64,000 bases of DNA from the IMG/VR virus record IMGVR_UViG_3300025849_000032, positions 3,129-67,128 of that record; one strand, given 5' to 3'. The notes under the pieces were generated by a model. It ran no database searches. It saw nothing but the letters and a program-made list of their open reading frames with translations, and was not told the DNA's origin. The stretch comes from a virus. The position numbers and the translations under genes were made by a program. Below, piece by piece: positions 1-10,110 of the stretch (position 1 is its first letter; every line of letters starts with the position of its first letter).

Positions 1-1
1 A

Positions 2-526
2 ACTCGTATTAACGAACTAGAAAAGCAAATTTCTACAGAGCAAAACGGTTTTATAAAGAAAAAATTAGAACAAAGGCTAGCAACTCTCTCAGGAAGCGTC
101 GGTATTATAAAAGTTGGGGCTAATTCCAAGGTGGAACTCAAAGAAAAGAAAGATAGAGTTGAAGATGCTATATACGCAACCAAAGCCGCACTGCAAGAAG
201 GCATAGTTTCAGGGGGTGGTGTTGCCCTCCTTGATGTTTCCGAAAAAATTTCTTCCGCTAACGCGGGTGCTTCCGTACTTTCAGAAGCATTGAAAGCACC
301 TTTCATAACTATACTGGGTAATGCGGGCTTAGACCCTCAAACCTCTGTAGGTGAAGGGCTCGGTATTGATGTAGTTACTGGTGAAACAGTAGATATGATC
401 CAAGCTGGGATAATAGATCCGGTTTTGGTTACAAAATCGGCGCTGAAAAACGCAGTGAGTGTAGCTTTAACTGTTATGTCCGCTGATTGTGTAATCTCAA
501 ATATACGCATCAATGAAGGCAATTAA
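2..526 (+). CDS. groEL: Chaperonin GroEL, C-terminal part (5' truncated by window edge)
   Basis: Frame is open from base 2: LEQRLATLSGSVGIIKVGANSKVELKEKKDRVEDA, EGIVSGGGVAL, GIIDPVLVTKSALKNAVS are canonical GroEL motifs; no GGM tail. Confidence 0.95.
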   Translation, partial: TRINELEKQISTEQNGFIKKKLEQRLATLSGSVGIIKVGANSKVELKEKKDRVEDAIYATKAALQEGIVSGGGVALLDVSEKISSANAGASVLSEALKAPFITILGNAGLDPQTSVGEGLGIDVVTGETVDMIQAGIIDPVLVTKSALKNAVSVALTVMSADCVISNIRINEGN

Positions 527-770
527 CGATTATATAGTTGTACAACCTATAAAAGAAGAAAAGAAAACTTCTGGTGGACTTTTACTTACAGACGATACTG
601 ACTTGGATAATAGATACAAGAAAGCTTTGGCTATATCTGTGGGTAACTTAGCTGATATTATAAATGAAGGTATGGTTGTTATGTATGACCAACACGCAGG
701 TCATGATATAGATTACGAAGGTGAGCTTTACAGGATTATAAAACTAAGAGATATAGTATTAGTAGGATGA
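513..770 (+). CDS. groES: Co-chaperonin GroES
   Basis: MKAINDYIVVQP..EEKKTSGGLLL mobile loop, AISVG, GELYRIIKLRDI; follows groEL. Confidence 0.9.
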   Translation: MKAINDYIVVQPIKEEKKTSGGLLLTDDTDLDNRYKKALAISVGNLADIINEGMVVMYDQHAGHDIDYEGELYRIIKLRDIVLVG

Positions 771-1207
771 GGTTGACTGCTCAAGACTTAAAAGATAGAC
801 ATTTACTTAAGTATTATAGGATAGTTCGGAAGTGGGCATGTAAACAGAATGACATAAAAGATGCCGACTTAGAACTTCTTATATACTTAAACTGTTTAAA
901 TAGATTCACTAGAGATGATTTTATTAAGGGCGTATACTCGTACTCTTGGGATAAGAAAAGATGGGATAGATTAAGAGCCACTGGGTGGATAGAACCTTGG
1001 AGACATAGGAATAGAACTACAATTAAATATACTGTTTACAAAACGTCATTTAAGTGTAATCATATGATAAGTAGGATATACAGGATACTACTAGGTGAAG
1101 AAGATGTACCTGTATCTATCACTAACCCCTACTATAGTAACAAATCTTATACAGATAAGGTTATGAACAAGGCTATAGACGATATGATTAAAGATAAAGA
1201 CAGATGA
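767..1207 (+). CDS. Hypothetical protein, possible winged-helix DNA-binding protein
   Basis: 146 aa basic ORF, overlapped with neighbours; helical pattern then WDRLRATGWIE wing-like segment. Confidence 0.55.
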   Translation: MRLTAQDLKDRHLLKYYRIVRKWACKQNDIKDADLELLIYLNCLNRFTRDDFIKGVYSYSWDKKRWDRLRATGWIEPWRHRNRTTIKYTVYKTSFKCNHMISRIYRILLGEEDVPVSITNPYYSNKSYTDKVMNKAIDDMIKDKDR

Positions 1208-2067
1208 AAAAAAGTACTCCTATATTTAGAAAAAGCTTAGACAAAGGTGTCTTAGGTGAGGCAAACCTTGATGGTAGTGTATACATAGATAAATCTATTA
1301 AAAAAGGTAGCCAGTTAGAAAAAGACGTTATAGCTCATGAAGAGTTTCATGCTAAGCAAATGAAAAACGGAGTACTTTCATACAGTGACAATAGTGTAAC
1401 ATACAGAGGAGTTGATTACGAAAGGAAAGATGGTAAGATAAAATACAATGGAAAGTTTTACGCAGAAGGAAGTGATATATTCCCTTGGGAGCAAGATGCT
1501 AACCAAGCTATAGATAACAAATACTTCGATGACTACGATTATTCAGAGTTTAAAAATATGAAACCTCCTAGTGATAACTCCTTTGATGCTATGCTCGAAG
1601 TTAAAGCTTTAAATAAAATACCTCTAAATAAAGATTTTGTTAAAAAGTATGACGACATAGAACGAGCGTTTAAAGATTTAGCTAAAAGAAAAAACATAAA
1701 AGATTATGATGAGACTGTGGCGTCTGAGCTAATACAGGAGTCAGCTCCAATAATACTAGACTTAAAAAACCACTTCAACAGACCAAGACCCAAAGAGGTT
1801 GCTGGTAAAATAAATATATCTATGCAGGATATAGAGATGGATTCTATGAAGACTAAATCTTATCCGTCAGGTCATTCAGCTCAAGCTTTTTTAATTTCTC
1901 TAGTTTTAGGTGATTATTATCCTAGTAAAAGAGACGAGTTTAAGAAGTTAGCTAAAAAAATATCTTACAGTAGAAGAGTAGCACACGCTCACTACTTCAG
2001 CGATAGCAAGTTTGGTGAGCTAATAGGTAAGTCAATGTATAAACACATCAAATCAAAACAATCATGA
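1204..2067 (+). CDS. Fusion: HExxH metallopeptidase-like domain plus PAP2/acid phosphatase (haloperoxidase superfamily) domain
   Basis: AHEEFH and PWE in N-half; KNHFNRPRP, SYPSGH, SRRVAHAHYFSD are the three PAP2 motifs. Confidence 0.8.
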   Translation: MKKSTPIFRKSLDKGVLGEANLDGSVYIDKSIKKGSQLEKDVIAHEEFHAKQMKNGVLSYSDNSVTYRGVDYERKDGKIKYNGKFYAEGSDIFPWEQDANQAIDNKYFDDYDYSEFKNMKPPSDNSFDAMLEVKALNKIPLNKDFVKKYDDIERAFKDLAKRKNIKDYDETVASELIQESAPIILDLKNHFNRPRPKEVAGKINISMQDIEMDSMKTKSYPSGHSAQAFLISLVLGDYYPSKRDEFKKLAKKISYSRRVAHAHYFSDSKFGELIGKSMYKHIKSKQS

Positions 2068-2579
2068 TGAAAAAATCCCCAGCCAAGATGGCTAAAAAAT
2101 CTCCTGCTAAGATGGCTAAGAAGTCACCAGCCAAGATGGCTAAACCTAAGAAAAAAGGTAACACAAAGAAAGTTGTTACTAGAAGAAGCGGAACAGTTGT
2201 AACTAAGTCAGTTAGAGACGGTGGTTCCTTGGGCGTTAGAAAATCCAAACGTGTTACTAAACCTGACGGCAGTTCCAAGACTAAGTCTACAATCAAAAGG
2301 GGCAGCTCTACAATAAAATCAAAGACAGCGTATAGTGCTGATGGTGTTGTTGTAAAGAGAAAAAGTGTAGCAAAGGATGGTTTTGGTACAAAGACTAAGA
2401 ATAAGTCTACCACTAAAGCTAATGGTTCTTCAAAGACTAAGTATGCAACTAACGTTAAAACTCCCGGTAAGACTTACGTACAAAAAAGTAAAACAAATGC
2501 TGCCGGTAAAACTGTAGAAAAGACTAAAGAGTCTAGACTAGGTAAGAACAAATCTAAGAGTACATATAAGCGAAAGTGA
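2064..2579 (+). CDS. Highly basic Lys/Ser/Thr-rich protein, histone-H1-like, probable DNA-condensing/internal protein
   Basis: KKSPAKMA x3 at N-terminus, very few acidic residues. Confidence 0.7.
   Translation: MMKKSPAKMAKKSPAKMAKKSPAKMAKPKKKGNTKKVVTRRSGTVVTKSVRDGGSLGVRKSKRVTKPDGSSKTKSTIKRGSSTIKSKTAYSADGVVVKRKSVAKDGFGTKTKNKSTTKANGSSKTKYATNVKTPGKTYVQKSKTNAAGKTVEKTKESRLGKNKSKSTYKRK
2070..2141 (+). repeat. Imperfect 24-bp tandem repeat x3 encoding KKSPAKMA
   Basis: aaaaaatccccagccaagatggct / aaaaaatctcctgctaagatggct / aagaagtcaccagccaagatggct; differences are synonymous. Confidence 0.9.
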
Positions 2580-2597
2580 TAATCTAAAAGTAAATAA

Positions 2598-2990
2598 ATG
2601 GGACTACTGCAGAAAGTACTTTCTTCTGGAGCAGGTAAGCTTATTAAAGATGTAGGTGGGGTCTTAGACGACCTCACTACTTCTAAAGAAGAAAAGCTAG
2701 CTGCACAATATAAAATTAAAGAGTTAATATCAAACCACGAGCTAGAATTACAAAAGCAAGTTTCAAATAGGTGGGAGGCTGATATGAAGTCTGACTCTTG
2801 GTTATCAAAAAACGTTAGACCGTTAGTTTTAATTTTTTTAGTTGTATCAACGGTATTAATGATATTTATTGATGCTGGTGCTATATCTTTTAACGTAGAA
2901 CCAAAATGGACTGATTTATTACAATTAGTATTAATAACAGTGATCGGTGCTTACTTCGGTGGTAGATCATTAGAAAAAACAAAAAAGTAA
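2598..2990 (+). CDS. Holin-like membrane protein (3TM holin type)
   Basis: RWEADMKSDSWLSKNVRPL followed by two hydrophobic helices and GAYFGGRSLEK. Confidence 0.75.
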   Translation: MGLLQKVLSSGAGKLIKDVGGVLDDLTTSKEEKLAAQYKIKELISNHELELQKQVSNRWEADMKSDSWLSKNVRPLVLIFLVVSTVLMIFIDAGAISFNVEPKWTDLLQLVLITVIGAYFGGRSLEKTKK

Positions 2991-3008
2991 CAATTAAATT
3001 AAATCAAA

Positions 3009-3290
3009 ATGAGTAAAAAAGAAAAAGTAATAGACTTAAAGCCTAAGGCAGAAAAAGTATCTGAAGAGCAATTGTTAAGACTGCAACAGGCTGTTAGTAA
3101 CACTAACTCTGCACAGTTTGAAATCGGTAAGATAGAAACGCGCAAGCACATCCTACTACATGAGCACGCCTCATTGCAAGATGTTATAGTTAAGCTACAA
3201 AACGAACTGACTGAAGAATACGGTACCTTTGATGTGAATCTTCAAAACGGTATTATAAACTATGCTAAAGATGAAGAACCACGTAATTAG
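3009..3290 (+). CDS. Hypothetical coiled-coil protein
   Basis: ORF with A-rich leader; heptad pattern ending EEYG..DVNLQNG. Confidence 0.7.
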   Translation: MSKKEKVIDLKPKAEKVSEEQLLRLQQAVSNTNSAQFEIGKIETRKHILLHEHASLQDVIVKLQNELTEEYGTFDVNLQNGIINYAKDEEPRN

Positions 3291-3495
3291 AAAAATCACT
3301 ATAGGTAAGGATTACAAGAACGACTCTATGCACTACTCAGTAGGCCAGGAGGTCTACGGTGGTCATACTATATGTGATATACTAGAAGGTGAAGATAAAT
3401 ACTCTATATACATTAGAAAGGAAGATGTAGTCATACCCTGGAAAGACTTCAATAAAAATATGGCTATATCAGTTGAATACAATCTAAAGTACTAA
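3262..3495 (+). CDS. Hypothetical protein (start may be ATG at 3271)
   Basis: Tightly packed ORF, TAATG coupling to next gene. Confidence 0.7.
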   Translation: MLKMKNHVIRKITIGKDYKNDSMHYSVGQEVYGGHTICDILEGEDKYSIYIRKEDVVIPWKDFNKNMAISVEYNLKY

Positions 3496-4076
3496 TGAAA
3501 CCTACATACGATTTTATAGTTAGACCAAAAGGGGATAGGTATAATAACTCTATTAAGGTAGGCGACAGTAGCTTGATACTGAATACTGAAATATTCAACC
3601 ATCAATACGTTAACCGTATAGGTGTGGTAGATAAAGTACCTCTCTATAATCCTAACAATTTAAACATCGGTGACGAAGTATTAGTACACCACAATGTGTT
3701 TAGACGTTGGAATAATGTTAAAGGTAAAGAAAAGAACTGCAGAGGGTTTTTAAATGAAAACGAATATCTTGTATCTAAAGATCAGATATTCATGTACAAA
3801 AGAAGTGAAGCTTGGTTAGCAATGCCAGGCTTTACTTTTGTAAAACCTTTAAAGTCTATAGATGTTTTCAGCGAAGATCAGGAGAGACCTTTAGTTGGTG
3901 TTGTTAAATATTCAGATGGGACTTTTTCACCTAATCAATTAATTGGCTTTAGACCTAGTAGCGAGTATGAGTTCGTTGTAGATGGTGAAAGGTTATACAG
4001 GGTGATGAACAATTTTATTACAATTAAATATGAATATAAAGGAAACGAAGAAGAGTATAATCCAAGCTGGGCATAA
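3495..4076 (+). CDS. GroES-fold protein with two tandem Cpn10-like domains
   Basis: MKPTYDFIVRP...GVVDKVP...IGDEVLV and MPGFTFVKP...GVVKY...EFVVDGERLYRV both echo the GroES beta-barrel pattern. Confidence 0.6.
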   Translation: MKPTYDFIVRPKGDRYNNSIKVGDSSLILNTEIFNHQYVNRIGVVDKVPLYNPNNLNIGDEVLVHHNVFRRWNNVKGKEKNCRGFLNENEYLVSKDQIFMYKRSEAWLAMPGFTFVKPLKSIDVFSEDQERPLVGVVKYSDGTFSPNQLIGFRPSSEYEFVVDGERLYRVMNNFITIKYEYKGNEEEYNPSWA

Positions 4077-4311
4077 AGCTGTTGAAGAACTCATTAAGGT
4101 TGCTAAAGAAGCTATTGTTGATAGTGGTGATGACATCACAGCTGATAGGCTTAAGAACGCTGCAGCAACGAAGAAACTCGCGATATTTGATGCGTTCGAA
4201 ATTCTTAATAGAATACAAGAAGAAGAAAACGCTTTAGATCAAGTAGAACAATCTAAAAACCAAGTAAACAAACCTAAGTTTCAAGGGTTTGCAGAAGGGA
4301 GGAGTAAATGA
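4030..4311 (+). CDS. Probable terminase small subunit
   Basis: Small helical ORF directly upstream of and overlapping terminase large subunit. Confidence 0.5.
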   Translation: MNIKETKKSIIQAGHKAVEELIKVAKEAIVDSGDDITADRLKNAAATKKLAIFDAFEILNRIQEEENALDQVEQSKNQVNKPKFQGFAEGRSK

Positions 4312-6539
4312 TGTACGAGCAATCATTATACAAGACGATAGAACCTATCAAGCTAACTACTATAAGTAGGCTCAACAAAGGTAAAAAGTGGAAGTACGGA
4401 TATGATAGAGATAGCGACATTGTAGTCATATCAAAAACAGGACAGATAGGTGAAATATTAGAAATACAAGGGCTAAAAATAGCTCTACCTAAGGTTCCTA
4501 AAGATGTTTTTTCTGCATCTAAAAATAAGTCTCAACAAAGGTGGCGTAGATTTGAATCTAACGAAGCTTTTAATAAGATCAAAACTAGATTTGACTGGGA
4601 CACTTACCCTAAAGAATTTAAAGAGTTCCATTACTCATATATAGACCAGGAGTTTAATAGAAGAGATAATGGTTTTTGGTTTATGAATAATGGTAAACCG
4701 ACTTACATTACCGGTAGTTATTACATGTATCTTCAATGGAGCAAGATCGACGTTGGTGCGCCCGACTTTAGAGAAGCTAACAGGCTTTTCTTTTTGTTTT
4801 GGGAAGCTTGTAAAGCAGATCAACGTTGTTACGGTATGTGTTACTTAAAGAACAGACGTTCAGGTTTTTCTTTTATGAGCTCAGCTGAAACCGTTAACTT
4901 AGCTACGTTAGCAGGTGATAGTAGATTTGGAGTCTTATCAAAGAGTGGTGGTGACGCTAAGAAAATGTTTACTGATAAAATAGTTCCAATAAGCTTAAAT
5001 TATCCATTCTTTTTCAAACCAATACAAGACGGAATGGATAGGCCTAAGTCTGAACTAGCCTATAGAATACCCGCTAAGAAGTTTACGCGCAGAAAGATGG
5101 GTGTAAATGAAGAGCAAGACGATATGGAAGGTCTTGATACTACTATTGACTGGAAGAATACGGGTGACAATTCTTATGATGGTGAAAAGCTAGCGTTACT
5201 AGTACACGATGAAAGTGGTAAATGGGAGAGGCCAGATAATATACTGAACAACTGGAGAGTAACTAAAACCTGTTTAAGGTTAGGTGGTAGAATAGTAGGT
5301 AAGTGTATGATGGGTTCAACCTCCAACGCTTTAGACAAAGGTGGTGATAATTTTAAAAGACTTTATGGAGACTCAGATGTTACAAAAAGAAATAGAAACG
5401 GTCAGACTAAATCTGGTTTATATTCTTTGTTTATCCCAATGGAGTGGAACTATGAAGGATTTATTGACCAGTTCGGAATTCCAGTATTTGATAACCCAAC
5501 TGGGGACGTATTCGGACCCCATGGCGAACTAATAGATATAGGTGTTGTAAATTACTGGGAAAACGAAGTTGATGGTTTGAAAGAAGATCAAGATGCTTTA
5601 AACGAATTTTACAGACAATTCCCAAGATCTGAAGAGCATGCTTTTAGAGATGAAACAAAAAACTCTTTATTCAACTTAGTAAAAATATACGAACAAGTAG
5701 ATTATAACGAAGGAAATAAAAACTCTTCAGTTGTAACTACTGGTAATTTCCAATGGGAAAACGGAGTAAAAGACACTAGAGTTTTTTTCACACCAAACCC
5801 CGCGGGTAGATTCAAAGTTAGCTGGGTACCGAGTGGTGGCATGCAGAATAACGTGATACTTAAGAATGGTGTTAAATACCCAGGTAACGAACACATGGGA
5901 GCATTCGGCTGTGATAGCTACGACATATCAGGAACAGTGGATGGTAAAGGATCTAAAGGGGCTTTGCATGGACTTACTAAGTTCAGTATGGAAGATGCTC
6001 CAGCAAATACTTTTTTCTTAGAGTATTTAGCTAGACCTCAGACCGCTGAGATATTCTTTGAAGACGTCCTAATGGCACTAGTATTTTATGGGATGCCAAT
6101 ACTCGCAGAAAACAATAAGCCTCGTCTATTGTACTATTTACGTAGAAGAGGTTACAGAGGTTTTAGTATGAATCGCCCAGATAAGATATGGAATAAGCTT
6201 TCGGTAGCAGAAAAAGAAGTTGGTGGTATACCTAACTCAAGCGAAGACATAAAACAAGCTCATGCCGCTGCTATTGAGATGTACATAAACGATCACGTTG
6301 GCTTGCTTCAGGACGGTACCTATGGTACTATGTATCTTAACGATACTCTTAATGACTGGAGCAAGTTTGATATAAATAAAAGAACAAAGTTTGATGCCTC
6401 TATAAGTTCTGGTTTAGCTATCATGGCTTGTAATAGGCACATGTATAGACCAAACCCAGAAACTAAAAGGCAGCCACTTGGTATATCAATATCTAAGTAC
6501 AAAAATACCGGATTTAATTCAACAATAATTAAAAGATAA
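4308..6539 (+). CDS. terL: Terminase large subunit
   Basis: Walker A-like KNRRSGFS, Walker B LLVHDE, coupling motif GST, nuclease GCDSYD and ENN; precedes portal. Confidence 0.9.
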   Translation: MMYEQSLYKTIEPIKLTTISRLNKGKKWKYGYDRDSDIVVISKTGQIGEILEIQGLKIALPKVPKDVFSASKNKSQQRWRRFESNEAFNKIKTRFDWDTYPKEFKEFHYSYIDQEFNRRDNGFWFMNNGKPTYITGSYYMYLQWSKIDVGAPDFREANRLFFLFWEACKADQRCYGMCYLKNRRSGFSFMSSAETVNLATLAGDSRFGVLSKSGGDAKKMFTDKIVPISLNYPFFFKPIQDGMDRPKSELAYRIPAKKFTRRKMGVNEEQDDMEGLDTTIDWKNTGDNSYDGEKLALLVHDESGKWERPDNILNNWRVTKTCLRLGGRIVGKCMMGSTSNALDKGGDNFKRLYGDSDVTKRNRNGQTKSGLYSLFIPMEWNYEGFIDQFGIPVFDNPTGDVFGPHGELIDIGVVNYWENEVDGLKEDQDALNEFYRQFPRSEEHAFRDETKNSLFNLVKIYEQVDYNEGNKNSSVVTTGNFQWENGVKDTRVFFTPNPAGRFKVSWVPSGGMQNNVILKNGVKYPGNEHMGAFGCDSYDISGTVDGKGSKGALHGLTKFSMEDAPANTFFLEYLARPQTAEIFFEDVLMALVFYGMPILAENNKPRLLYYLRRRGYRGFSMNRPDKIWNKLSVAEKEVGGIPNSSEDIKQAHAAAIEMYINDHVGLLQDGTYGTMYLNDTLNDWSKFDINKRTKFDASISSGLAIMACNRHMYRPNPETKRQPLGISISKYKNTGFNSTIIKR

Positions 6540-6542
6540 ATT

Positions 6543-8882
6543 ATGGCAGGGTCTGCGATAACAAATTTTCCTTCTCAAGCTGTTAGCGATTTAGAGAAGA
6601 TGACAGATGAGTATGGGTTAAAAGTTGCTAGAGCTATCGAATACGAATGGTTCTCAGGTAATACATCCAAATATAGAAATAATTTTGATAATTTCCATAA
6701 GCTTAGACTTTATGCTAGAGGTGAACAACCTATAGACAAGTACAAGAACGAGCTGTCTATAAATGGTGACTTAAGTTACTTAAACTTAGATTGGAAGCCG
6801 GTACCCATAGTACCTAAGTTTGTAGATATAGTGGTAAATGGTATGGCTCAAAGAGCTTATGAAGTTAAAGCTTTCTCTCAAGATGTTAATGGTACTAATA
6901 AAAGAACCGAGTACATGGAGTCAATGCTTAGAGATATAAGATCTAAGGAGTTTAACGAAGCTGCCAATAAAACTTTTGGTGTTGACTTATATGAAAACGA
7001 AAAAAGTAAAATACCAGATACAGAGGAAGAGTTGGCTTTACACATGCAGCTTAGTTATAAGCAAGCGGTTGAGTTAGCTGAAGAACAGGCTATAAACGTA
7101 TTAATGGAAGGTAGTAGGTACGATCTTACTAAGCGTAGAGCTTTGTATGACTTGACTACCATAGGTATAGGTGCTACCAAAACAACCTTCAATTTTAGTG
7201 AAGGAGCTAAAGTAGAGTATGTTAATCCTGCTAACCTAGTCTACTCTTATACAGACTCCCCTTATTTTGAGGATATATACTACGTTGGTGAGGTTAAAGA
7301 AATACCAATAAATGAACTAGTTAAAGAATTTCCAGAGCTAACAGAGCAAGACATAGAAGAAATAGTAAAAGGACCTAGAAGCTCTATGAAGAGCTATCAG
7401 GGTAGTAACTCTAACTATAATAGTAAAGACCGCAATAAGGTTGATGTACTATACTTTAATTATAAGACTCATAAAAACAACACTTATAAGTTAAAGAAAA
7501 TGGGTACTGGTGCCGACAAAGTTATACAGAAAGATGATACATTCAATCCTCCAGTTAACATGGAAGGAGATTTCTCTAAGCTAGAGAAGGTGATAGAGTG
7601 CATCTACGAAGGCGTTTTAATATTAGGTACTGATAAGCTTTTAAAGTGGGAGATGGCTTCTAATATGATGAGAAGTAAATCTAACTTTGATAAAGTTAAG
7701 ATGAATTATAGCATCGTTGCACCTAGAATGTATAACGGCAAGATAGAGTCTATAGTAAGTAGAATAACTGGTTTTGCTGATATGATTCAACTTACGCACT
7801 TGAAATTACAGCAAGTAATGGCACGTATGGTTCCGGATGGGGTTTACATGGATGCAGATGGTTTAGCTGAGATAGATCTTGGTAATGGTACCAACTACTC
7901 GCCTCAAGAAGCTCTTAACATGTTCTTCCAAACAGGTTCCGTTATTGGTAGATCGTTAACTGCTGACGGAGATCAGAACCCAGGCAAAGTACCAATACAA
8001 CAAATACAAAACGGCTCTGGTAGTAATAAGATGCAAACCTTAATACAGACTTACAACTATTATCTACAGATGATAAGAGATGTTACAGGTCTTAACGAGG
8101 CTAGAGATGCTTCAACTCCTGACAAGAACGCTTTAGTTGGTATACAAAAAATAGCTGCTGCAAACTCAAATACCGCTACAAGGCATATACTTCAGTCTGC
8201 ACTTCTTTTAACAGCTGAAACTGCAGAGGCACTATCGTTAAGAATATCAGATATACTAGAGTACTCACCAACTAAAGAAGCTTTCGTGCAGTCAATAGGA
8301 GCTCACAACGTAGCAACTCTAGAAGAGATAAAAGAATTACACTTGTATGATTTCGGTATATTTATAGAGCTAATGCCTGATGACGAAGAAAAGCAAATGC
8401 TAGAAAATAATATACAAGTAGCCTTAGCTCAGAAGCTTATAGATTTAGACGATGCTATAGATCTTAGAGATGTTAGAAATATAAAACTAGCTAATCAGCT
8501 TTTAAAAATAAAACGTAAAAAGAAAGCAGATAGAGATCAACTAATGCAGCAGCAAAACATACAAGCTCAATCGCAAGCAAATCAACAAGCTCAACAAGCA
8601 GCGGCTCAAGCTGAGACTCAGAAAGACCAAGCTAGAGCTAGTATAGAAGCTCAACTAGAAGAAACAAAGAACAAGTTAAGGATTGATTATTTAAAGCAAG
8701 AAGCTTTGGTGAAGAGACAGTTGATGGATCACGAGTTTGAAATAAACCTTAAGCTAAAAGGTATGGATAACGAAGCTAAAGACAGAATAGAAGAAAGAAA
8801 AGAGTCAACAAAAAAGGCTGAATCACTTAAAAAGTTTGAATCATCAGGTAATGATGTAATGGGAGGAGGACTCGGTTTATAG
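6543..8882 (+). CDS. Portal protein
   Basis: 779 aa after terL; IVPKFVDIVVNG, IRDVTGLNEARD, Gln-rich C-terminal barrel helix as in P22-like portals. Confidence 0.85.
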   Translation: MAGSAITNFPSQAVSDLEKMTDEYGLKVARAIEYEWFSGNTSKYRNNFDNFHKLRLYARGEQPIDKYKNELSINGDLSYLNLDWKPVPIVPKFVDIVVNGMAQRAYEVKAFSQDVNGTNKRTEYMESMLRDIRSKEFNEAANKTFGVDLYENEKSKIPDTEEELALHMQLSYKQAVELAEEQAINVLMEGSRYDLTKRRALYDLTTIGIGATKTTFNFSEGAKVEYVNPANLVYSYTDSPYFEDIYYVGEVKEIPINELVKEFPELTEQDIEEIVKGPRSSMKSYQGSNSNYNSKDRNKVDVLYFNYKTHKNNTYKLKKMGTGADKVIQKDDTFNPPVNMEGDFSKLEKVIECIYEGVLILGTDKLLKWEMASNMMRSKSNFDKVKMNYSIVAPRMYNGKIESIVSRITGFADMIQLTHLKLQQVMARMVPDGVYMDADGLAEIDLGNGTNYSPQEALNMFFQTGSVIGRSLTADGDQNPGKVPIQQIQNGSGSNKMQTLIQTYNYYLQMIRDVTGLNEARDASTPDKNALVGIQKIAAANSNTATRHILQSALLLTAETAEALSLRISDILEYSPTKEAFVQSIGAHNVATLEEIKELHLYDFGIFIELMPDDEEKQMLENNIQVALAQKLIDLDDAIDLRDVRNIKLANQLLKIKRKKKADRDQLMQQQNIQAQSQANQQAQQAAAQAETQKDQARASIEAQLEETKNKLRIDYLKQEALVKRQLMDHEFEINLKLKGMDNEAKDRIEERKESTKKAESLKKFESSGNDVMGGGLGL

Positions 8883-8921
8883 AGAGTTTTAATCTGTTTA
8901 GTAATTATATAATATTTTATT

Positions 8922-10088
8922 ATGGTAGAAAATGAAAACAATACGGTTGACGAAACCGTAGATCAAGAGGTGACTAAAGTTGATGTGTCAAAGTTTAAAA
9001 GCAGTGACAACGACGATGTTATCAAAGTAGATTTAAGTAAACCACTAACCAATGAAACTGAAGAAACAACAGCTGACCCAGCAGGAGTGGTGGGAGGCAA
9101 TGAAAACGCCGGAGCTGCAGAAGAGCAAGAAGAGGTACAGCCGCAAGGAGAAGTACAAGAAACAGAAGCATCAGTACTAGAAGAAGTAACAGACGAAGAG
9201 GAAGAAGACATAGAGGAACAAGTTGAAAAAGCTGTTACAGAGTCTGAAGCTACTGGAAGTCCTTTACCAGAGAATATTCAAAAGTTAGTTGACTTTATGG
9301 AAGAAACTGGTGGAGATATAAACGATTACGTAAGTTTAAATAGAGATTTGTCTAACTTAGATAACTCTGAGATACTAGACGAATACTATAAGAAAACTAA
9401 ATCTCACTTATCAGCATCTGAAAGAGAGTTCTTACTAGAGGATAAGTTTGGTTTTGACGAAGACATAGATGACGATAAAACAATACGATCAAAAAAAATC
9501 GCTTTAAAAGAGCAAGTTGCTGAAGCGAAAGCCTATCTAGACGGGCAAAAGTCTAAATATTACGAAGAGATCAAAGCTGGAAGTAAGCTCACAAGTGAGC
9601 AAAGTAAAGCCGTAGATTTCTTCAACCGTTACAACAAGGAATCTGAAGAAAATAAGAAGCTTACAGACTCAACCAAGAAAGTTTTTCAACAAAAAACTGA
9701 CAATCTATTTAACAGCAAGTTCAAAGGTTTTGACTACAATGTTGGAGAAAAGAAATATAGGTTTAATGTTAAGAACGTAGATCAGGTTAAACAAACCCAA
9801 AGTGATCTGAATAACTTTGTGCAAAAGTTTTTGAACGAAGACAATCAGATGAGTGACGCTAAGGGCTATCACAAGTCTTTATTTACAGCAATGAATGCAG
9901 ATGCCATAGCTCAACATTTTTACGAGCAAGGTAAAGCAGACGCAGTTAAAAGCAATGTAGCTGATGGTAAAAACATTAATGTAGATCCTAGGGGCATGCA
10001 TGGAGGTGATCAACCTGGTGGTTTAAAGGTTAGAGTATTAGGTGAAGACTCTAATGATTTCAAGTTTAAAATTAAAAAAAGAAAATAA
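8922..10088 (+). CDS. Capsid scaffolding protein (probable)
   Basis: Very acidic disordered N-terminus and helical body, located between portal and capsid. Confidence 0.65.
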   Translation: MVENENNTVDETVDQEVTKVDVSKFKSSDNDDVIKVDLSKPLTNETEETTADPAGVVGGNENAGAAEEQEEVQPQGEVQETEASVLEEVTDEEEEDIEEQVEKAVTESEATGSPLPENIQKLVDFMEETGGDINDYVSLNRDLSNLDNSEILDEYYKKTKSHLSASEREFLLEDKFGFDEDIDDDKTIRSKKIALKEQVAEAKAYLDGQKSKYYEEIKAGSKLTSEQSKAVDFFNRYNKESEENKKLTDSTKKVFQQKTDNLFNSKFKGFDYNVGEKKYRFNVKNVDQVKQTQSDLNNFVQKFLNEDNQMSDAKGYHKSLFTAMNADAIAQHFYEQGKADAVKSNVADGKNINVDPRGMHGGDQPGGLKVRVLGEDSNDFKFKIKKRK

Positions 10089-10110
10089 TTAACTTTAAAA
10101 TTAAAGAATT

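Noticed and set aside
8896-8914. Fifth class II promoter before scaffold gene (AGTAATTATATAAT)
   Set aside because: Lacks the TGT start and has no TAAMT box at the conserved distance
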